The notes under the pieces are model-generated. The model made no database searches. It was not told the origin of the DNA and saw only the letters and a list, made by a program, of their open reading frames with translations. Shown one piece after another: positions 19,747 to 25,279 of a DNA stretch of 25,279 nucleotides. Numbering within the stretch: the first letter of the stretch is position 1; every line of letters starts with the position of its first letter. The position numbers and the translations under genes were made by a program. The DNA lies in the NCBI GenBank assembly GCA_918234285.1, contig CAKJXZ020000067.1:1-25279 (forward strand), written 5' to 3'. This stretch comes from Pseudomonadota bacterium (GTDB lineage Bacteria; Pseudomonadota; Alphaproteobacteria; RF32; CAG-239).

Positions 19747-20958
19747 ATGCAAATAAGTGCGAAATATCAGGCAGTGTTGGAAATCTTGGAAAAAGTACTG
19801 CAAGACCAGTATCCGGCCGATAACATCATCAAAGAATACGTGCGGGCGCGTAAATACATCGGCTCCAAAGATCGCAAGTTTATCATCAACACGGTGTGGG
19901 ATATCATTCGTCATCGCAGCCGGTTGGAATTTGATTGCGGTTGTTGCGAGGCGCGAATGTTGCTGTTGACCTATCTCAAAGATGAGGATTTCGATATTGT
20001 GGCCGACGGTTCGGAATACGGCTTAAAACCGCTCGATAAGCTCGAAAAAGAAAAACTGGCGCACTTAAATCCGGAAGTTTATCCGGAAAATATCGAAAAC
20101 GAATGCCCGAAATGGCTGTATGAAAAAATCAACAACCCGGCATTGGCGGCGGCGCTTAATACCACGGCTTCGGCCGATATCAGAGCCAATTTTATCTCGC
20201 GCGAAGATGCCAAAAACAAGTTGCAAAAAGAGGGGTTTTTCTTTTCGTTTACGCCATATTCGCCGTACGGGTTGCGTTCGGACGAGCGGATTAATTTGCA
20301 GAATTGCGTTGTTTATCAAAACGGCGAAATCGAGGTGCAGGATGAGGCGTCGCAACTGGGAGCGATTTTGTGCGATGTGCGTGCCGATTTGAAAATCATC
20401 GATTATTGTTGCGGCGGCGGAGGTAAAAGTATGATGCTCGGCGCATTGCTCAACAATAAAGGTACGATTTTTGCCCACGATAAAAACGTTAAGCGGATGG
20501 ACGGGTTACATGATCGGGCGGCGCGGCTCGGCATTAAAAACATTAAGATAATCGATGCGCTTAAACCGGCGGATTTGTACGATAGGTTTATCGTTGATGC
20601 GCCTTGTTCGGGCAGCGGAACCTGGCGGCGTTCGCCTGATGCCAAATATCGGCTGACTCCGAAGCAGTTAAAGGCAATCGAGCAGGCACAGGAAGAAATT
20701 TTGGAGATTGCCGCCGCACACCTGAGCGATAAGGGGCGGATTGTGTATATGACCTGTTCGGTGTTGCCGGAAGAAAATGAGGGGCAAATGGAGCAATTTT
20801 TGGCGGCTCACCCCGATTTTATGACGGTGGATATGCAAAAATTGTGGGAACGCAAGCTGGAAATGCCGTATCCGTTTAACGAAACGCGTTGGCTTAAATG
20901 TTCGCCGCTGACCACCGGTACCGACGGCTTTTTCGTTTGCGTTTTGCAACGGAAATAA
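19747..20958 (+). CDS. RsmB/NOL1/NOP2/Sun-family RNA m5C methyltransferase
   Basis: QDEASQL, DYCCGGGGKS, VDAPCSGSGTWRR and YMTCS (both catalytic Cys motifs present). Confidence 0.92.
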   Translation: MQISAKYQAVLEILEKVLQDQYPADNIIKEYVRARKYIGSKDRKFIINTVWDIIRHRSRLEFDCGCCEARMLLLTYLKDEDFDIVADGSEYGLKPLDKLEKEKLAHLNPEVYPENIENECPKWLYEKINNPALAAALNTTASADIRANFISREDAKNKLQKEGFFFSFTPYSPYGLRSDERINLQNCVVYQNGEIEVQDEASQLGAILCDVRADLKIIDYCCGGGGKSMMLGALLNNKGTIFAHDKNVKRMDGLHDRAARLGIKNIKIIDALKPADLYDRFIVDAPCSGSGTWRRSPDAKYRLTPKQLKAIEQAQEEILEIAAAHLSDKGRIVYMTCSVLPEENEGQMEQFLAAHPDFMTVDMQKLWERKLEMPYPFNETRWLKCSPLTTGTDGFFVCVLQRK

Positions 20959-20985
20959 CGTAATCCGCAAGGTAAAAAATAGCGC

Positions 20986-21014
20986 TTGCAATCGGCGGGA
21001 TAATTGTTTATAAG
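20986..21014 (+). promoter_or_regulatory. Putative promoter of ychF
   Basis: TTGCAA-17 nt-TATAAG. Confidence 0.5.
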
Positions 21015-21047
21015 AGGTACAATTTAATAATTTGCGGAGTAAGAAAA

Positions 21048-22157
21048 ATGGGTTTTAATTGCGGAATTGTCGGCTTGCCGAATGTGGGAAAATCTACTTT
21101 ATTCAATGCGTTAACGCAAACAATCGCGGCACAGGCGGCAAACTTTCCGTTTTGCACGATTGAGCCGAATACCGGTCGGGTGGCGGTGCCGGATAAGCGT
21201 TTGGATAAGCTGGTGGAGATGGTGCAACCGAAAAACATTGTGCCGACACAGCTGGAATTTGTGGATATTGCCGGTTTGGTGAAGGGCGCGTCGAAGGGCG
21301 AGGGGCTGGGCAACCAGTTTTTGGCAAACATCCGCGAAACCGACGCGATTATCCATGTTTTGCGCTGCTTTGAAGACGATAACATCACCCACGTTGAGGG
21401 CAGTGTCGATCCGGTGCGCGATGCCGATATCGTGAAGACCGAGCTGATGATTGCCGATTTGGAATCGCTGGAAAAACGCATTGAAAATCTGCGTAAAAAA
21501 GCCAAGGCCGGCGACAAGGAATCTGCAGTCAGCGTGCGGGTTATCGAGCCGATTATCGAGGCCTTAAAACAAGGCAAACCGGCGCGTTCGGCGGCTCCGG
21601 ACGAGGCGGACAAAGAGGCATATAAGTGCTATAAAATGTTGCAACTGCTGACCTCTAAGCCGGTGTTGTACGTGTGTAACGTTGATGAAAGTTCGGCGGC
21701 CAGCGGCAACGAATTCTCCAAGGCCGTAGAAAAAATGGCAAAAGAAGAAGGAGCCGAGAGCGTGGTAATTTCCGCCGAAATTGAGTCCGAAGTGGCACAA
21801 CTGGAAAGCGAAGAAGAAAAGACCGAGTTTTTGTCGGCTCTGGGGCTGGAAGAAACCGGCTTGGCCAAGATTATTCACGCCGGATATAATTTGCTCAGTT
21901 TGCAAACATATTTTACCGCCGGACCGAAAGAAGTGCGGGCCTGGACGTTTGTTAAGGGGATGAAAGCGCCGCAATGCGCCGGTATAATTCACTCCGATTT
22001 TGAGCGCGGCTTTATTCGGGCGGAAACGATTTCGTATGATGATTACGTTAAATTCGGCGGCGAACAGGGGTGTCGCGATGCCGGTAAAATTCGCTCCGAA
22101 GGCAAAGAATATCAGGTGCGTGACGGCGATTTGATGAACTTCTTGTTCAATGTATAA
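21048..22157 (+). CDS. ychF: Ribosome-binding ATPase YchF
   Basis: GIVGLPNVGKSTLFNALT, ANFPFCTIEPN, DIAGLVKGASKGEGLGNQFL and IHSDFERGFIRAE motifs. Confidence 0.98.
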   Translation: MGFNCGIVGLPNVGKSTLFNALTQTIAAQAANFPFCTIEPNTGRVAVPDKRLDKLVEMVQPKNIVPTQLEFVDIAGLVKGASKGEGLGNQFLANIRETDAIIHVLRCFEDDNITHVEGSVDPVRDADIVKTELMIADLESLEKRIENLRKKAKAGDKESAVSVRVIEPIIEALKQGKPARSAAPDEADKEAYKCYKMLQLLTSKPVLYVCNVDESSAASGNEFSKAVEKMAKEEGAESVVISAEIESEVAQLESEEEKTEFLSALGLEETGLAKIIHAGYNLLSLQTYFTAGPKEVRAWTFVKGMKAPQCAGIIHSDFERGFIRAETISYDDYVKFGGEQGCRDAGKIRSEGKEYQVRDGDLMNFLFNV

Positions 22158-22172
22158 GGCGAAAAAAATAAT

Positions 22173-22402
22173 GTCATCCCTCGGTCTGCGCGGTGTAAAA
22201 AATAAACCGTCATCCCTCGAGGTGCGCGGTGCGTCACCTCGTCAAGGGATCTTGTCTTTGCGAAGCGCATATTATGTGAATCGGAAGTGGCACTTGCGTG
22301 CCAGAAGTCGAGATACCTTGACGCACGAATGCACCGCATCGTGCGAGGTATGACAATAATATTTTCTGACGCACGAACACACCGTGCCTCCTCGGAAGGA
22401 TG
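22173..22402 (+). repeat. Palindromic repeat cluster B: left half-unit 22173-22195, full element 22209-22354, decayed hairpin 22367-22402
   Basis: Same architecture as cluster A with compensatory stem changes; lies between convergent ychF and ldh. Confidence 0.93.
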
Positions 22403-22405
22403 TTT

Positions 22406-23344
22406 TTATATCATCGACAAGGCTTTATCGGTATATTCCTTCATGGTTTCGGCGCTCTTACGCAGTTTGGCGTGTTCTTCGGCGTTGAGCTTCGGTGTAA
22501 TCACATGATGAATGCCGCGACGGGTAATCACGGTCGGCAACGAAAGGCATACTTCCTTAACCCCCTCAACCTCGGCATGATGCGATGACAAAGTTAAAAT
22601 CGAATAATCGTTGTTGCCGATGGCGCGGCAGATTTGCGTCAATGCACCGGCAATACCGTAGCAGGTGGCGCCTTTGCCGGCGATGATTTGATAGGCGGCA
22701 TTGACAACACCGTCGTTGATTTCGGCCTTTTTGGCTTCGTCGAGAGTTTTGCCCACGTCGGCGGCATATTCTTCGAGCGTCAGCGTTCCGGCTTCGGCAT
22801 TAGACCAAACCAAGACTTCGCTGTCGCCGTGTTCGCCCAAAACGTCAGCGTGTACGGATTTGGTGGAAACGCCCAAGAAAAAGGCCAAGAGCGTTCTGAA
22901 ACGCGCCGTATCCAACACCGTGCCGCTACCGATGACGCGTTCTTTCGGGAATCCGGAAAGTTTGAGCGCAACCTCGGTCATAATGTCGGCCGGGTTGGCG
23001 GTAATCAGCAAAATACAATCCGGCGCATATTTCACGATTTGCGGAATGATATCGGCAAAAATTTTGACGTTGCGACCGAGCAAATCGATTCTGGTTTCGC
23101 CCGGTTTTTGGTTAGCTCCGGCGGTAACGATAACGATGCTGCAATCCTTCAAGTCGGCATAAGTACCGGCCTTGATTTTGCCGGCATTGGCAAACGGCGC
23201 GGCATGTCCGATATCGCTGGCTTCGGCCAGGGCTTTTTGCTCGTTGGCGTCGATTAAGACTATCTTATGCGCCACTCCGGTCATCATCAGCGAAAATGCG
23301 GCCGCACTTCCAACGGCACCGGCTCCGATAATTCCTATTTTCAT
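22406..23344 (-). CDS. ldh: NAD-dependent L-lactate dehydrogenase
   Basis: GAGAVG Rossmann motif, TAGANQKPGETRIDL (Gln at the specificity position, i.e. LDH rather than MDH), SGTVLDTARFR and GEHGDS. Confidence 0.93.
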   Translation of the reverse strand: MKIGIIGAGAVGSAAAFSLMMTGVAHKIVLIDANEQKALAEASDIGHAAPFANAGKIKAGTYADLKDCSIVIVTAGANQKPGETRIDLLGRNVKIFADIIPQIVKYAPDCILLITANPADIMTEVALKLSGFPKERVIGSGTVLDTARFRTLLAFFLGVSTKSVHADVLGEHGDSEVLVWSNAEAGTLTLEEYAADVGKTLDEAKKAEINDGVVNAAYQIIAGKGATCYGIAGALTQICRAIGNNDYSILTLSSHHAEVEGVKEVCLSLPTVITRRGIHHVITPKLNAEEHAKLRKSAETMKEYTDKALSMI

Positions 23345-23434
23345 ATTTTTTCTCCCACAAAATTAATTTCTTCCGCATATCTATACTTTTTTTACACAAA
23401 AGCAAGATTTTTTTGATAAAATAGTGAATAAGAT

Positions 23435-23764
23435 GTCATCCCTTGAAGTGCGCTGTGTGTCACTTCGTCAAGGGAACTCATCTTTGCGAAGCGCATTATT
23501 CTGGGTGAATCGGAAGCAATGCTATTGCATTGAAAGGTCAGATCGCTGGACGACTTGAGGCACAGCCCAAGTCGAGCGATGACAATAAAAACAACCTGTC
23601 ATCCTGAACGAATGTGAAGGATCCAGCTACACCCTTGGTGTTGTTCGTTCCGGCGGAACGAATGGATACTTCGGCTTTGCCTCAGTATGACAATAATATT
23701 TTTCGCGCAGCCTAAGTCGAGCGATGACAATAATATTTTTTCACAGTGCCGTGCGAGGTATGAC
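23435..23764 (+). repeat. Palindromic repeat cluster C: full element 23435-23583, family-2 element 23598-23691, right half-units 23704-23728 and 23742-23764
   Basis: Direct sequence match to the other clusters; lies between divergent ldh and ybaK. Confidence 0.93.
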
Positions 23765-23788
23765 GATAAAGTACAAAAAGGATAAAAA

Positions 23789-24271
23789 ATGCTGAAAACC
23801 AATGCCATGCGCATAATCGAAACCGCCAAAATACCGTACCGCGCCTATGAGTGGGAGCCGGTTAACGGGCTTGAGGCGAGTGTGGTTGCCTCGTATTTGG
23901 GGCAGCCGGCGGAGCAGGTTTTTAAAACGTTGATAACCGAATCGCCGACGGCTCAGCACGGCTTTGAACACTATGTTTTTGTGGTGCCGGCCAACAAAGA
24001 TTTGGATATGAAAAAAGCGGCGCAAGCGGCGGGGGTAAAAAGCGTCGAGATGCTACCCTTAAAAAAGCTGTTGCCGCTGACGGGGTATATTCATGGCGGC
24101 TGTTCGCCGGTGGGGCTGAAAAAGGCGTTTCCGGTGTTTATTGACGAGACAGCGATTTTGTTTGACACGTTTTTCATCAGCGGCGGCAAAGTGGGGCTGA
24201 CTCTGGAGCTCAACGCCGAGGCGTTAGCGGCGGCCATCGGTGCCCAATTTGCCGACTTAACGCAAGATTAA
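23789..24271 (+). CDS. ybaK: Cys-tRNA(Pro) deacylase YbaK/EbsC
   Basis: KTNAMRI, QVFKTL, LTGYIHGGCSPVG and ISGGKVGL motifs. Confidence 0.93.
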   Translation: MLKTNAMRIIETAKIPYRAYEWEPVNGLEASVVASYLGQPAEQVFKTLITESPTAQHGFEHYVFVVPANKDLDMKKAAQAAGVKSVEMLPLKKLLPLTGYIHGGCSPVGLKKAFPVFIDETAILFDTFFISGGKVGLTLELNAEALAAAIGAQFADLTQD

Positions 24272-24275
24272 GACA

Positions 24276-24563
24276 ATGAAGGCAATGTATGTTTACATTT
24301 TGACCGGCAAGAGTAACTCCACGTTTTATGTTGGTGTAACCAGTGATTTGCCGCGGCGGGTGTGGGAGCATAAAAACAAGCTGTATGACGGCTTTACTGC
24401 CCGCTATAATCTGAACAAACTGGTGTATTATGAGGTTTATGATGACGAACTCACGGCAATTGCACGTGAAAAGACGCTGAAGAAGTGCTACAAAAAGACT
24501 AAACGCCAGTTGATAGAGGCGAAAAACAAGAATTATGACGATTTGTACGATACGCTGGTATAA
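24276..24563 (+). CDS. Small stand-alone GIY-YIG nuclease-family protein, 95 aa
   Basis: YVYIL...FYVGVTSDLPRRVWEHK...GFTARY...LVYYE...AIAREK.LK: GIY and YIG motifs plus catalytic Arg and Glu. Confidence 0.92.
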   Translation: MKAMYVYILTGKSNSTFYVGVTSDLPRRVWEHKNKLYDGFTARYNLNKLVYYEVYDDELTAIAREKTLKKCYKKTKRQLIEAKNKNYDDLYDTLV

Positions 24564-24578
24564 CAATAAACACAAACC

Positions 24579-25279
24579 GTCATCCCTTGCGGTGTGCGAT
24601 AATAACCTGTCATCCCTCTCGCAGTATAAAAACAACATGTCATCCCTTGCGGTGTGCGATAATAACCTGTCATCCCTCTCGCAGTATAAAAACAACATGT
24701 CATCCCTTGCGGTGTGCGATAATAACCTGTCATCCCTCGAAGTGCGCTGTGCGTCACTTCGTCAAGGGAACTCATCTTTGCGAAGCGCATTATTCTGGGT
24801 GAATCGGAAGCAATGCTGACGCATTGAAAGGTCAGATACCTTGACGCACGGACACACAGTGCCGTGCGAGGTATGACAATAATATTTTTTCGCAGTGCCG
24901 TGCGAGGTATGACAATATTTTTCACAGCCCAAGTCGAGCGATGACGATAAACATAAGATGTCATCCCTCGAAGTGCGCTGTGCGTCACTTCGTCAAGGGA
25001 ACTCATCTTTGCGAAGCGCAAATTATGATGGAATCGGAAGCAATGCTGTCGCATTGAAAGGTCAGATCGCTGGACGACTTGAGGCACAGCCCAAGTCGAG
25101 CGATGACGATAATTTTTTCGCACCGCGCAGACCAAGGTATGACAATATTTTTCACAGCCCAAGTCGAGCGATGACAATAAAAACAACGTCATCCTGAACG
25201 AATGTGAAGGATCCAGCAACACCCTTGGTGTTGTTCGTTCCGGCGGAACGAATGGATACTTCGGCTTTGCCTCAGTATG
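24579..25279 (+). repeat. Palindromic repeat cluster D, running off the window: five 30-bp left half-units, full elements 24729-24877 and 24960-25107, four right half-units, family-2 element from 25188
   Basis: GTCAT starts at 24579, 24609, 24639, 24669, 24699, 24729, 24960 and 25188; ATGAC ends at 24877, 24913, 24945, 25107, 25143 and 25175. Confidence 0.95.

Noticed and set aside
22209-22354. Classical IS-derived MITE or integron attC site
   Set aside because: There is no consistent target-site duplication, no long perfect terminal inverted repeat, no transposase or integrase in the window, and no RYYYAAC...GTTRRRY attC core. The comparison is only an analogy.
22406-23344. Malate dehydrogenase assignment
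   Set aside because: The active-site loop has Gln (GANQKPGETR) rather than the Arg expected in MDH.
23478-23540. Hammerhead or other known ribozyme in the element core
   Set aside because: The CUGANGA...GAAA core is not present in the correct arrangement on either strand.
24533-25222. 229-aa minus-strand ORF, plus ORFs 24210..24698, 24535..24819, 24958..25197, 22150..22353 and 18180..18416
   Set aside because: These are translations of the repeats; periods of 30 and 36 bp keep frames open, and no convincing RBS or protein-like composition is seen. In-frame repeat insertion into real genes, as known for Rickettsia palindromic elements, is not observed here.
24579-25279. CRISPR array
   Set aside because: The constant part is only ~9 bp plus an A-rich linker, variable parts are ~10-14 bp and duplicated, units are fragments of a larger palindromic element, and there are no cas genes or leader.

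Overview
Chromosomal window from a bacterium that looks like a host-associated, probably anaerobic alphaproteobacterium. This is an inference from the alphaproteobacterial-style mreBCD-mrdA-rodA cluster, tRNA-Leu next to tig, and the presence of hydG and L-ldh. The first ~18.3 kb is mostly housekeeping: partial miaA, mreB-mreC-mreD-mrdA-rodA, two large orphan hydrophilic proteins, pip, a secreted MORN-type repeat protein, a HAD hydrolase, tig, tRNA-Leu(TAG), prfC and hydG. The last ~7 kb carries a tandem lectin-fold-like protein, an RsmB-like methyltransferase, ychF, ldh, ybaK and a small stand-alone GIY-YIG nuclease. It also holds four intergenic clusters of GTCAT...ATGAC-bounded palindromic elements. 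These are built from a 43-bp bulged hairpin whose stems co-vary extensively between copies. Two such hairpins sit head-to-head around a structured ~60-nt core, giving 146-150 bp elements (5 full copies), flanked by polar arrays of half-hairpins. There are also two copies of a second 94-bp family. The largest array starts immediately after the GIY-YIG gene. The best candidate for an under-described system is this GIY-YIG nuclease plus structured-repeat module, analogous to RAYT/REP but with a different enzyme class. All annotations come from reading motifs by eye; no database searches were run.
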